A stretch of 64,000 nucleotides of DNA from an uncultured Mycoplasmatota bacterium (GCA_947166445.1 CAMVED010000002.1:6314-70313); one strand, 5' to 3'; positions 28,931 through 39,050 are shown, counted from the stretch's first letter. Made by a program: numbers and translations. Notes: generated by a model from the letters alone, not told the origin.

Positions 28931-30160
28931 ATGGATAAACCTTTAGCGCTTATTCTAAAGCCGAATTCACTAAGTGATATAGTGGGACAATCTCATCTGA
29001 TTGGAAATAATAAAATAATAAGTAATATGGTTAAGAATAAGAAACTTTTTTCTATGATTTTATATGGTAATCCTGGAACTGGTAAAACTTCAATTGCTAA
29101 TGCTATTGTGGGAGATCTAAAGTGTAATGCTAGATTTTTAAACGCAACTTTAAATAATAAACAAGATTTAGTAAATGTTATTGAAGAAGCTAAAATGCTT
29201 GATGGTATCGTTTTAGTAATGGATGAAATACATAGAATGAATAAAGATAAACAAGATATACTTCTTCCTTGTTTAGAAAATGGTTTAATTACATTAATAG
29301 GTATGACTACTAGTAATCCATATCATAAGATTAATCCTGCGATAAGAAGTAGATGTCAAATTTTTAAATTAAATCCACTTTCTAATAAAGATATTGAAAA
29401 TGGACTTAAAAAAGCTATAAAAAAAGATGTTTTAAAAGATATAAAAACAGATAATAAAACTATTGCTTATATAAGTGAAATATCTGGTGGAGATCTTCGT
29501 TTTGCTCTTAATCTTCTTGAGGTAGCTTATTATTTTAATAAAGAACATAAAATTGATATAGAGGTAATTAAGAGTATTAGTAATAAACCAAACTTCTTTC
29601 ACGATAAAAACGAGACCGGTCACTATGATGTTTTGAGTGGTCTTCAAAAATCAATAAGAGGTTCTGATGTCGATGCTGCTTTACATTACGCTGCAAGACT
29701 AATTTTAGCAGAAGATCTTGATAGCTTATATAGAAGGCTTTCAGTTATTGCTTATGAAGATATAGGGCTTGCTAATCCTACAATTGGTCCAAAACTTGAT
29801 GCTTGTATTAATGCTTCGGAAAGAGTTGGCCTACCCGAAGCAAAGATAATTATGTCAAACATAATAATTGAAATGGCACTTTCTCCGAAAAGTAATACTG
29901 CGTATCTGGCTATGGATAAGGCTATAACTGATTTAGAAACTAAAAATATTGGGGATATTCCAAACTATTTAAAAAGTCCATATATTGGTTATAAGTATCC
30001 TCATGAGTATAAAAACTCTATTGTTAATCAAAATTATCTTCCTGATGGTATAAAGAATGCTAAATATTATATACCTAAGGAATCTTCGAAATATGAAATA
30101 AATCTAAAGAACACTAAGGAAAAAATTGAAAAATTTAAGGAGGGGTTAAAAAATGAATAA
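28931..30160 (+). CDS. rarA: replication-associated recombination protein A (AAA ATPase)
   Basis: Walker A GNPGTGKTS and the MgsA C-terminal region HYDVLSGLQKSIRGSD. Start set at ATG 28931. Confidence 0.93.
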   Translation: MDKPLALILKPNSLSDIVGQSHLIGNNKIISNMVKNKKLFSMILYGNPGTGKTSIANAIVGDLKCNARFLNATLNNKQDLVNVIEEAKMLDGIVLVMDEIHRMNKDKQDILLPCLENGLITLIGMTTSNPYHKINPAIRSRCQIFKLNPLSNKDIENGLKKAIKKDVLKDIKTDNKTIAYISEISGGDLRFALNLLEVAYYFNKEHKIDIEVIKSISNKPNFFHDKNETGHYDVLSGLQKSIRGSDVDAALHYAARLILAEDLDSLYRRLSVIAYEDIGLANPTIGPKLDACINASERVGLPEAKIIMSNIIIEMALSPKSNTAYLAMDKAITDLETKNIGDIPNYLKSPYIGYKYPHEYKNSIVNQNYLPDGIKNAKYYIPKESSKYEINLKNTKEKIEKFKEGLKNE

Positions 30161-32039
30161 GTATAAATCATTAATAGTTTCTGCTTTATATTTTTTTGTT
30201 CTTAATACTATATTTTCTCTTTTAATATACAGATATTTGCACCTTTCAAATGTGTTTTTCTATTTATTAGAAAGTATTAGTGTTGCTGCTATACTGAATT
30301 TAATAAACTCTTTGTTTAGAGAAAAACTAAAATTAATAGTAAATATTATACTTTATGGATTTATAACACTTTTATATATGGCACAGTTTGTACATTATAG
30401 TTTTTATGACTGCTTTTTCAGTATTTTTTCACTTGTTAATGGAGGACAAGTCTTTGGATTTATTCCGGCGATTATAAAAGTAATAGTTAATAATATATAT
30501 GGCTTTTTAATACTTTTTGCTTTTCTTATATTTATAATTCTATTTATTATAAAAAATAATAAAACTGAGAATAATATAAAAAAAACAACATTAATACTTG
30601 TTTTAGTAATCAATGTTATTATTACTGTTATTTTAATTTATGTTCCTAGCTCTAGTTATATATATTCGAGAAAGAATCTATTACAAAATACTAATGTAGA
30701 AACAAAAAATGTTCAAAGTTTTGGTCTTATCACCGCAATGTCTATCGATCTAGACAGATTTGTATTTACTCCAAACTATAGTATTAAAAACTATAACGAT
30801 AGCTCTGATTATAATAAAAACTATTACAATATTCAGGATATAGATTTTAATATTAAAACTGATGATGAAGAAATAAAAGAACTTACTAATTATTTAGAAA
30901 GTAGAGAGCCTACTAAAAAGAATGAATATACAGGTATTTTTAAAAATAAAAATTTAGTATTTATAACTGCTGAATCATTTAGTTTTAGTTTGATAGATAA
31001 GGATAGGACTCCTACTCTATATAAATTAAGTAACGAAGGTTTAAGCTTTTCTAATTTTTATACTCCAATATATTATGCTTCAACTTCTGATGGGGAATAT
31101 ACTAATCTTACTGGGCTTCTCCCTAAGGAGGGAACTTGGAGTTATATAAAAACTAAGGATAATTATTTCCCATATACTTATGCAAGTGTCTTTAAAGACA
31201 AAAATTATAATTTATATGGTTATCATAACGGAGAATATGATTTTTACAAAAGAAATGAAGTAATGCCTAATTTTGGATATAGTTTTAAAGCTTGTGGTAA
31301 TGGCTTAGAAAAACAGATTAATTGTAATTTATGGCCTCAAAGTGATGAAGAAATGATTACTAAATCTTTTAACGATTATAAAGATAATGAAAAGTTTCAT
31401 GTCTATTATATGTCTATAAGTGGCCATTTAAATCATAATTTTACTAATAATGATATGGCTAAGAAACACCAAAATAAAGTAAAGGATTTAGAATACTCTG
31501 AACCTGTTAAAGCTTATATAAGTGCTAATATTGATTTGGATATAGCTTTAGAGCATTTATTAGATAACTTGGAAAAAGAAAACAAGTTAAATGATACAGT
31601 TATTGTACTTGTACCTGATCATTTTCCATATGGTCTATCTAAAAAAGAATATAGTGAACTTAGAAAATTAGATACACCTTATTCTAAACACAAATCTGGT
31701 TTAATAATATATAATCCTAGTGTAGAAAAGAAAACAATTGATAAATATGCTTCGAATATAGATGTATTACCTACACTTCTTAACATGTTTGGAATAGAAT
31801 ATGACTCAAGACTTATTATCGGAAGTGATATAATGAGTGATTCTGATGGTATAGTTATGTTTAACGACAGAAGTTTCTTAACTGAATATGGTTTTTATAA
31901 TGAAAAAACTACTAAATTTAGTAGTTTTAAAGAAACTCCAAGTAATTATATAAAACAAAAACAAAGTGAAGTTTTAAACAAATACAATGCTTCTTCGCTT
32001 ATATTAGAAAAAAACTACTATAAATTTTTATATAAGTAG
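30153..32039 (+). CDS. LTA synthase family (sulfatase-type) membrane protein
   Basis: About 5 N-terminal TM segments followed by an extracellular sulfatase-like domain (VFITAESFS, VLVPDHFPYG). Overlaps the rarA stop by 8 nt. Confidence 0.85.
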   Translation: MNKYKSLIVSALYFFVLNTIFSLLIYRYLHLSNVFFYLLESISVAAILNLINSLFREKLKLIVNIILYGFITLLYMAQFVHYSFYDCFFSIFSLVNGGQVFGFIPAIIKVIVNNIYGFLILFAFLIFIILFIIKNNKTENNIKKTTLILVLVINVIITVILIYVPSSSYIYSRKNLLQNTNVETKNVQSFGLITAMSIDLDRFVFTPNYSIKNYNDSSDYNKNYYNIQDIDFNIKTDDEEIKELTNYLESREPTKKNEYTGIFKNKNLVFITAESFSFSLIDKDRTPTLYKLSNEGLSFSNFYTPIYYASTSDGEYTNLTGLLPKEGTWSYIKTKDNYFPYTYASVFKDKNYNLYGYHNGEYDFYKRNEVMPNFGYSFKACGNGLEKQINCNLWPQSDEEMITKSFNDYKDNEKFHVYYMSISGHLNHNFTNNDMAKKHQNKVKDLEYSEPVKAYISANIDLDIALEHLLDNLEKENKLNDTVIVLVPDHFPYGLSKKEYSELRKLDTPYSKHKSGLIIYNPSVEKKTIDKYASNIDVLPTLLNMFGIEYDSRLIIGSDIMSDSDGIVMFNDRSFLTEYGFYNEKTTKFSSFKETPSNYIKQKQSEVLNKYNASSLILEKNYYKFLYK

Positions 32040-32233
32040 TTTTTTTATTTCGTTTATTATAAATTTTATAAATAAATCAATACCAAAAATACTATATTCG
32101 AATCCATTTGTCTTTTTTCTTTTTATCCTCATAATTTCCCCCACTTTGGTGGTTATTATAAACTAAATAGAATTTTTTATTGTGCTTGGTGCTAAAATGT
32201 TAAAAAGAAGTGTTCTTTCGTTATTTTTTTATT

Positions 32234-32872
32234 TTATTTATTAAGGTCATTATTTTTTATTATATAAATGCTATTATCTTTATAAAAGCCATAAAATATA
32301 TCTTTTATATCGACTGATAGATGTTTGGTAAGCCAAGAGATATCCTTATCTAAAAGTTTTAAACTATCATAGTCTACTTGTCCTTCGATAATTATAGGTA
32401 GCGGAAATGTTATTTTTTTATTTCTATCTTTTTTGAAAACTGATAGTTTTCCACTTGTTTCTAAAACTGCATATTCTACTTCACTAATACTTTTTACGCT
32501 TTTTTCTCTAAGCTGGGTTAGTAAATCATCTAAATTGTATCTTTGTTTTAACATTTCTTTTACTTGTATTTTACCATTATTAATTATTAATGAAGGTTTT
32601 CCATCAAATATGTCTCTAATATTCTTGCTTTTTAAAGATGCGAAGGAAGATCCTATTTGTAGTACTACTAAAAGAATAATTGGCATTATTACTAACCATA
32701 TACTTTTGGTAGTATCCTCTAAACTAATAGCTACAAGTTCTGCAATTAGTATAGAGATTATTAAGTCAATTATTCCTAGTTCTCCAACTTCTCTTTTCCC
32801 CATCACTCTGTATACAAAAAGTATAAAACAGTAAAAGAAAAATGTTCTAAACATAGTTATAAATAGTTCCAT
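32234..32872 (-). CDS. DUF421 (YetF-like) membrane protein
   Basis: RVMGKREVGELGIIDLIISILIAE at the N-terminus, with a C-terminal soluble domain. Confidence 0.8.
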   Translation of the reverse strand: MELFITMFRTFFFYCFILFVYRVMGKREVGELGIIDLIISILIAELVAISLEDTTKSIWLVIMPIILLVVLQIGSSFASLKSKNIRDIFDGKPSLIINNGKIQVKEMLKQRYNLDDLLTQLREKSVKSISEVEYAVLETSGKLSVFKKDRNKKITFPLPIIIEGQVDYDSLKLLDKDISWLTKHLSVDIKDIFYGFYKDNSIYIIKNNDLNK

Positions 32873-32965
32873 ATTATCACCATTTTTAGTATAAACAAAA
32901 ACATATTAAATAAACTAAATAGTTGCCAGTTTTTATATAGAATATGTTTTATTATTCTAACAATA

Positions 32966-32998
32966 TAAAAAACCGTTTATGTATTTACAAACGGTTTT
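32966..32998 (-). terminator. rho-independent terminator after the PBP gene
   Basis: Stem aaaaccgttt/aaacggtttt followed by a T-run on minus. Confidence 0.8.
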
Positions 32999-33019
32999 AA
33001 TCTATATATTCATCCTACT

Positions 33020-35116
33020 TTAATCTAGATAAAATGTAACTTTATCATTCTTTTTTATTGTTTTATTTGCAATACTTTGAGATCTAATATAACCATATCC
33101 TTTGAATGTGCAGTTTAAATTAAGCATATTACATATTTCTATCGCTTCTTTTTTACTATATTCTTTTAAATCAGGTAATTTATAACTTTTATCATTTGTA
33201 AGCAAAATAAGTGTTTCATTAGTATCTAGTACAGCGTCTTTTTCAGGATATTGCATTATAACTTTCTCTCCTGTTCCTAATACTAATTTTTTTATGTTTT
33301 TTGTCTTATTTTTTACAATGTTTAGATCTTGGTTTATATAATTACCTATAGTATAATTTTTTAATACTTTTTCTTTATCACTTTCAAATATATTTAAATA
33401 TTTATTCATATTTTTTACAATACTTGTTACACAATCTGATAGTGGTTTGCTACTACCTCTTTTAGCAGATGCATAAATAATTACTTTGGGATTGTTTTTT
33501 GGCCACATCCCCATGAAGGATTTAGTTACATTATAGTCATCTGTATAATACCCTCCAGTATAGGAGTTTACTAATTGAGCAGTACCTGTTTTCCCTATTA
33601 CACTGGAATTTTTTACTTTATAATCTCCACCAGTAGCGTAAGTCCAGTCGGAATTAACTGTTTGATACATTAATTCTCTTATTTTTTCAGCAGTTTGTTT
33701 TGAAGCAACACGGCCTAATTCTTCTTTTTTACCTTGAAAAACAATTTGTCCATTTTCATCTACGACTTTATCAATTATATATGGTTTTAGCATAATACCA
33801 TCGTTAGATATTGAAGTAAGTGCTTTAATATGTTGCATTGGCGTTGTTGTAATACCTTGTCCAAACGATGCATTGTATACCTCAGTTTGATATTTAAACT
33901 TTATTTGACCAGGTACTTCATTAGCAAGTGTTACACCAGTTTTTGAGCCAAATCCCATTTTTATATAATAATCATAAAGTTTTTGTCTATTTATAAAATT
34001 ATTGACTATATTAATAACACCAACGTTACTAGAAGCTTGAAAACCTTGATCATATGTTATTCTACCGAATCCATAACCATTCCAGTCATTGATGATTGTT
34101 CCATCGTCAGCTTTAAATTTACCTGATTGGAAGGTGTTATTTCCGCGATAAGTTCCTGCTTCCATAGCTGCCATATAAGTATATGTCTTCATAATACTTC
34201 CTGGTTCATATGCTTCTCCTACAGTTATATCTATCCAGTTTTTTATGTCTCTTTTATTTGGATCAAATGAAGGCTTTTGTGTTGTTCCTAATATCTTACC
34301 AGTTTTAGCATCTGCTACAATAAGGGTTAACCAATCAAAATTATAATCTGCCTCTGCTTTGTTTGCAGCTTGCTCTAAAAAAAACTGAATATTTGAATCT
34401 ATTGTTAAATAGACATCATTTCCATTTATTGCATTAACAGTTACGCCTTTAGTACCCGGAATTTTATATCCGTTTAAATCCTTTTGATAAGTGGTGTATC
34501 CATCAGTACCTCCTAAGACATCATCTAATAAGTCTTCGAGTCCTAGAGCACCTTTAATTTTTCCATCTTCGTCACTGTTAGCGTATCCTAATGTATATGA
34601 AGAAAAGTTACCATTCGGATAATATCTTTTTTCTTTTTCAATAAAATCAAGCCCTGGTAAGTTAAGTTTTTCAATAGATTCTTTTTCTAATTCAGTAAGA
34701 CCTTTACCGGCGCTACCAAATTCAACTTGATATTTTCCCTTTTGATTTAAAATACTATATATGTCTTTTTCTTTCATTTTTAATACTTTTGAAAGTTTTT
34801 TTGCTGTAGTTTTTTTATCTTTTACATGATATAGTTTACTTTCGCCTTTGCTACGTGATGGATCTAAATATGCTATTAAAGTGTAAGATGAGACATTGAT
34901 TGCAAGGGATTCACCATTTTGATCATAAATATTACCCCTTTTAGCATATATCTTTTTTGATACGATACTTCTGCTATCAGCAAACTCTTTTAAATTAACT
35001 CCATCAACTTCTGGAGAAAGTGCTAAAAAAGAAACTCTGTAAATTATATAACCAAAACAAAAAAGAGCAACGACAATAAATAAATTAATTAGTTTATTAT
35101 GCTCTTTTTTTCTCAT
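33020..35116 (-). CDS. class B penicillin-binding protein (FtsI/PBP2B/SpoVD type) with a C-terminal PASTA domain
   Basis: SIMK, SSN and KTGTA motifs, positioned after ftsL. Start moved to ATG 35116 (AGGGTGA SD). Confidence 0.92.
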   Translation of the reverse strand: MRKKEHNKLINLFIVVALFCFGYIIYRVSFLALSPEVDGVNLKEFADSRSIVSKKIYAKRGNIYDQNGESLAINVSSYTLIAYLDPSRSKGESKLYHVKDKKTTAKKLSKVLKMKEKDIYSILNQKGKYQVEFGSAGKGLTELEKESIEKLNLPGLDFIEKEKRYYPNGNFSSYTLGYANSDEDGKIKGALGLEDLLDDVLGGTDGYTTYQKDLNGYKIPGTKGVTVNAINGNDVYLTIDSNIQFFLEQAANKAEADYNFDWLTLIVADAKTGKILGTTQKPSFDPNKRDIKNWIDITVGEAYEPGSIMKTYTYMAAMEAGTYRGNNTFQSGKFKADDGTIINDWNGYGFGRITYDQGFQASSNVGVINIVNNFINRQKLYDYYIKMGFGSKTGVTLANEVPGQIKFKYQTEVYNASFGQGITTTPMQHIKALTSISNDGIMLKPYIIDKVVDENGQIVFQGKKEELGRVASKQTAEKIRELMYQTVNSDWTYATGGDYKVKNSSVIGKTGTAQLVNSYTGGYYTDDYNVTKSFMGMWPKNNPKVIIYASAKRGSSKPLSDCVTSIVKNMNKYLNIFESDKEKVLKNYTIGNYINQDLNIVKNKTKNIKKLVLGTGEKVIMQYPEKDAVLDTNETLILLTNDKSYKLPDLKEYSKKEAIEICNMLNLNCTFKGYGYIRSQSIANKTIKKNDKVTFYLD

Positions 35117-35126
35117 TAAAATCACC

Positions 35127-35423
35127 CTACTTATCTATAGTTTTAATACTATTACTAGTATAACTCAACCCCATCTTTTTTGCAACTGATTCAAGATTTT
35201 CAAGTGATGCTAATTCGTTAATTTTCATCTTTAAACTTTCATTATTCTTATTTTGTAATGCTATTTTTTCTTTACTGCTCTCTAATTTGTAATTCATCTC
35301 ACTTAACGTACTTTTGGCAAAGATATTCATAAATGGATATGATAAACTTACCACCAATGTTATAACTAATAAAAATTTTTCAAATTTAGTAATTTTTGAT
35401 TTTTTCTTTCTTGTCTTTTTCAT
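35127..35423 (-). CDS. ftsL: cell division protein FtsL
   Basis: Small bitopic protein with a coiled coil, lying between rsmH and the PBP gene. Start at ATG 35423. Confidence 0.8.
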   Translation of the reverse strand: MKKTRKKKSKITKFEKFLLVITLVVSLSYPFMNIFAKSTLSEMNYKLESSKEKIALQNKNNESLKMKINELASLENLESVAKKMGLSYTSNSIKTIDK

Positions 35424-35435
35424 TTTTATCACATC

Positions 35436-36362
35436 CTATTTTATTTTTTCTATAACCCTCAGTTTAGCAGATTTACTTCTTGAATTTTGTCTAATTTCTA
35501 TATCTGTAGGAATTATAGGTTTAGTAGTTATTAATTTAAAATCTGGTAACATATCTTTTGGAATATTTGGCATTCCTTTTATTACTTTATCTATTTCAGT
35601 TGCTTTTTTAAAAATATTTTTACAAATGCGATCCTCTAAAGAGTGAAATGTTATTACTGCGATTCTACCTCCAACATTTAATACTTCAAGGCAGTCTTTC
35701 AAGGTTCTTTCAAACTCATCAAGTTCATTATTTACTTCAATTCTGATTGCTTGAAATACTTTTTTAGCTGGATGTCCATTCCTTTTTTCTTTATATGGAT
35801 AACATCTATCAATTATCTCTACAAGTTCTTTTGTTGTTTCTATTTTTTTTACTAATCTTTCTTTTTCAATTTCTTTTGCTATCTTTAAAGCATGTTTTTC
35901 TTCTCCATACTTTCTAAAAATATCAACTAGTTTTTCTACTGTATATGTATTTACTACTTCCTCTGCTGTTTTTGGATTATTCTGATCCATTCTCATGTCA
36001 AGTTTAGCATCTTTCATATAACTGAAGCCACGCGTTGCATCATCTATTTCTACCGAAGATATACCAAGATCAAATAGTATTCCATCAGGTTTTATGTTTT
36101 CTTGGGTACATCTTTTTTTAATATTTTCAAAACCTTCGTTATATATTTGAAAGTTATTATTTATTGATTCTAACCTTTCTTTACTATAACTAACAGCGGT
36201 TTGGTCTTTATCAAATGCAAATAGTTTTCCTTTTGGTATTCTTTTTAGAATTTCACTAGAATGTCCTGCGAATCCTAATGTTGCATCGATGTAAACACCA
36301 TTTTCTTTTATGTTTAAGTTTTCAATTGATTCATTTAAAAGTACACTTACATGTTTTTCCAT
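35436..36362 (-). CDS. rsmH: 16S rRNA (cytosine1402-N4)-methyltransferase
   Basis: YIDATLGFAGHS SAM motif and HSLEDRI. The start is probably ATG 36362 (MEKHVSVLL); the track uses TTG 36392. Confidence 0.93.
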   Translation of the reverse strand: MEKHVSVLLNESIENLNIKENGVYIDATLGFAGHSSEILKRIPKGKLFAFDKDQTAVSYSKERLESINNNFQIYNEGFENIKKRCTQENIKPDGILFDLGISSVEIDDATRGFSYMKDAKLDMRMDQNNPKTAEEVVNTYTVEKLVDIFRKYGEEKHALKIAKEIEKERLVKKIETTKELVEIIDRCYPYKEKRNGHPAKKVFQAIRIEVNNELDEFERTLKDCLEVLNVGGRIAVITFHSLEDRICKNIFKKATEIDKVIKGMPNIPKDMLPDFKLITTKPIIPTDIEIRQNSRSKSAKLRVIEKIK

Positions 36363-36369
36363 AATCTGT

Positions 36370-36807
36370 TTATCCTTCGAAATTAGTTTCAAATAGATGA
36401 TCCGCTAAATCTGATAAGTTTTCACTAGCAGTATTTATAAAACTATCCCATTTTTCTCTAGACCATATTTCAAGCCTATCATTTACCCCAATTATGATAC
36501 ATTCTTTATTTAAACATGCATATTCAATTAAAGGTGATGCAATCTTTATACGGCCTTGTTTATCAAATTCAGCATCTGTTGCTCCAGATAGGAACATTCT
36601 GGTAAAACTTCTGGCGTCTTTTTTAGTAAATGGCAATTCATTTAGCTTTGTAACAACTTTAGCCCATTCTTTTTCTGAATAAATAAACAAGCAATCTTCT
36701 AGGCCTCTAGTAACTATTATGTTATCTCCAAGCTCTTCTCTAAAGCGTGAAGGAACTATTATTCTGCCTTTTTCATCAAGGTTATGATGAAACTCACCCA
36801 TTAGCAT
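36370..36807 (-). CDS. mraZ: transcriptional regulator MraZ
   Basis: Two copies of the DxxGR motif (LDEKGRIIVP, FDKQGRIKIA). Start at ATG 36807 (MLMGEF), with GGTGA as the SD. Confidence 0.93.
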   Translation of the reverse strand: MLMGEFHHNLDEKGRIIVPSRFREELGDNIIVTRGLEDCLFIYSEKEWAKVVTKLNELPFTKKDARSFTRMFLSGATDAEFDKQGRIKIASPLIEYACLNKECIIIGVNDRLEIWSREKWDSFINTASENLSDLADHLFETNFEG

Positions 36808-36815
36808 AATAATCA

Positions 36816-36849
36816 CCACTTTCTACCACAATTATCCACTATCTACCAC
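36816..36849 (-). promoter_or_regulatory. MraZ operator-like array: four GTGG direct repeats at exact 10-nt spacing
   Basis: ccac on plus at 36816, 36826, 36836 and 36846. The array sits immediately downstream of the -10 element and runs into the mraZ SD. Confidence 0.6.
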
Positions 36850-36850
36850 A

Positions 36851-36879
36851 ATTTTACTATTTTGTATCTTCTTTGTAAA
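36851..36879 (-). promoter_or_regulatory. Pmra-like promoter TTTACA-17-TAAAAT
   Basis: Minus-strand hexamers at 36874-36879 and 36851-36856. Confidence 0.55.
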
Positions 36880-36955
36880 TATTTTTGTGTAAAAAAAAAG
36901 AAGTTTCACATTAAATAAAACATTCGTTTGTCAAAATATATATAGTGTTTCTATG

Positions 36956-37498
36956 CTATGCGCTTTTTTTACTTCTTACTCTTGTCTTAGGTTTAATATC
37001 CACTACTTGTTCTTCGGATAAATCTTTTTGTGTTCTTTTTTCTATTTCGTTTATAACATTGATTTTTTTCTCTATTTCTGTTAATTCACTGATATATTTA
37101 TTAAGAATTCTTTCATCTTCTTTTATTTTGTCAGCGTAATATATGGCAATTTCAGGTTCTATTTCTCGACAATGATAACATGTTAATCCTTCTTCTAACT
37201 CTGCTACTAAGTCTTCAAGTGCAGCAAGTGCAATGTCTTTTACTCCTTCTTTGTCATACTCTATCCTTTTATTAAGGATAATATCTTCGAAATGATCATC
37301 AACTAATTCTGCAATTACTTCATATCTGCCTGTATATGTAGTAACAGGAATATTTTTTACTCCAAAAAAACCTTTTTTTTGTTCTGTGCCTTTTTGAGGA
37401 AAGATTTCAATATATCCACATTCACTATAGTGATTAAAAAGATCTCTTCTCCTGCCACAATTTAATGATAATCTATAATACTTCTTCACTACTACCAC
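36956..37498 (-). CDS. hypothetical protein
   Basis: 180-aa ORF with scattered Cys pairs (NCGRRR...ECG, CYHC) and a basic tail. Confidence 0.65.
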   Translation of the reverse strand: MVVVKKYYRLSLNCGRRRDLFNHYSECGYIEIFPQKGTEQKKGFFGVKNIPVTTYTGRYEVIAELVDDHFEDIILNKRIEYDKEGVKDIALAALEDLVAELEEGLTCYHCREIEPEIAIYYADKIKEDERILNKYISELTEIEKKINVINEIEKRTQKDLSEEQVVDIKPKTRVRSKKSA

Positions 37499-37548
37499 CT
37501 ATTATAAATATATAATATTAAAAATAACTTGTCAATTTCTATAACAAG

Positions 37549-37578
37549 AAAAAAAAGATTTATTTTAATAAATCTTTT
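37549..37578 (-). terminator. rho-independent terminator after yqeY
   Basis: Stem aagatttatt/aataaatctt overlaps the stop and is followed by a T-run on minus. Confidence 0.6.
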
Positions 37579-38003
37579 ATCTTGCATGATACTTCTTTCA
37601 TATCACATCTGTTTTTTATAATTGGAGTTATTTCTTTCATCACAATTCCCATTTCTTTAACAGTACTTGCACCTGTTTTTGATATAGCATTTGCAATTAT
37701 TTGATCTAATTCTTCATCACTTAACATTTCTGGCATATATGTTTTTAAGATATCTATTTCATTTTGATAGGAATTAACTAGGTCATCTCTTCTAGCTTTT
37801 TTAAATTCTTCAATTGAGTCATTTCTCATTTTTATTTGTTTGTTTATAACATCAAGTACCAAATCATCATTTTCTTCTTTTTTATTATTGATTACTTCCA
37901 TTTGAATTGCTGCTTTAACACTTCTTAATGTGTTTAGTTTTTCTTTATTCTTTTCTTTCATTGCATTTATTAAGTCTTGCTTTAATTGTTCTATTAATGT
38001 CAT
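37560..38003 (-). CDS. yqeY: GatB/YqeY domain protein
   Basis: 147 aa with LRSVKAAIQ and EIDILKTYMP motifs, downstream of rpsU as in Bacillus. Confidence 0.88.
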   Translation of the reverse strand: MTLIEQLKQDLINAMKEKNKEKLNTLRSVKAAIQMEVINNKKEENDDLVLDVINKQIKMRNDSIEEFKKARRDDLVNSYQNEIDILKTYMPEMLSDEELDQIIANAISKTGASTVKEMGIVMKEITPIIKNRCDMKEVSCKIKDLLK

Positions 38004-38037
38004 AATAATCTCCTTTCATATATAAAAAGCAGAAATA

Positions 38038-38241
38038 TTAATCGTTTCTGCTTCTGTTATTTCTTTTATTTCTCTTTCTTGAGTTAATGATGTTTTGTTT
38101 CTTTTCTTCTCTTCTCTTAACTCCTGGCTTGTCATAAAATTTTCTTTTTTTAGCTTCAGAAAGGACTCCATCACGTGCACATTTGGTTTTGAAGTTTTTA
38201 AGCGCTTTGTCTAAATTGCCTTTTACTTGTACTTCAGTCAT
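38038..38241 (-). CDS. rpsU: 30S ribosomal protein S21
   Basis: 67 aa with LDKALKNFKTKCARDGVLSEAKKRKFYDKPG. Confidence 0.95.
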   Translation of the reverse strand: MTEVQVKGNLDKALKNFKTKCARDGVLSEAKKRKFYDKPGVKRREEKKQNIINSRKRNKRNNRSRND

Positions 38242-38333
38242 TTTTTATTCCTCCTTTCTTGCTTTTCTAATGTGTATTATAACAAACTTGTATATAAATT
38301 TCAACATTTTTTTTAGTTAAATGTCTTTTTCTT

Positions 38334-39050
38334 CTATTTAATTTTCTTTGGTGTTGGCACTTCTTTAGCTACTATTACTTGGTATTCTGCAATATTATCA
38401 CAGCCGTTTTCTAACGAGCAGGTCTGAATTACTAAGACTTTAGAGTTTTCTTCTATAGATACTCCAGTATCATAAATAGATTTTTTCTTTAGATTTAGCA
38501 GGTGTTCATAGTACTCTAATCCTGGAAAACCATTTAAGTCAAGATAATCAAAATCTTCTTTTTCTGTAAAAACGGAAAACACTTTATATGTCTTTTTTCC
38601 ATGATCTGAAAATATCTCAATTTCTGGATGAGCATCATAAAAATTTTTATTTTGATAATCTAATAATTTAGAAAATACTAATGTCATGTTCATTTTATTA
38701 TGTCCATATATAATTAGTTTTCTATCATTTAATGATTTATTCCTGTAATCTAAATACGGAGTCCCTTTATTAGATTCTTCTCTATAAATATTGTGAGTAA
38801 GATAAAAACTATTGTTTTCTGTTTGAACGATCGGAACAGATAGTACATCAGGTATTTCCATATACATGACAATTTCATTGTTGTTGTACTTGCTTTTTAA
38901 TTCACTGATAAGTTCAAATTCATCATTATTGTTTGAAATAAAATCATCATTTTCGTCGTTAATATTATAGTCTTTATAATAATCATATATTAAATATACT
39001 GATACCAACATTATGCACATACATAACACTAATTTGATTATTTTTTTCAT
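38334..39050 (-). CDS. srtB: class B sortase
   Basis: Signal anchor, ENNSFYLTHN, LIIYGHNKMN and the catalytic VIQTCS. Confidence 0.85.
   Translation of the reverse strand: MKKIIKLVLCMCIMLVSVYLIYDYYKDYNINDENDDFISNNNDEFELISELKSKYNNNEIVMYMEIPDVLSVPIVQTENNSFYLTHNIYREESNKGTPYLDYRNKSLNDRKLIIYGHNKMNMTLVFSKLLDYQNKNFYDAHPEIEIFSDHGKKTYKVFSVFTEKEDFDYLDLNGFPGLEYYEHLLNLKKKSIYDTGVSIEENSKVLVIQTCSLENGCDNIAEYQVIVAKEVPTPKKIK

Noticed and set aside
32028-32132. A minus-strand 34-codon ORF (MRIKRKKTNGFEYSIFGIDLFIKFIINEIKKLLI) with a GGGGGAA SD-like sequence in the ltaS/DUF421 intergenic region.
   Set aside because: The SD spacing is short (about 4 nt) and there is no convincing promoter. It overlaps the 3' end of the convergent ltaS-like gene, and the sequence has no distinguishing features. 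It remains possible but is unsupported without conservation or Ribo-seq data.
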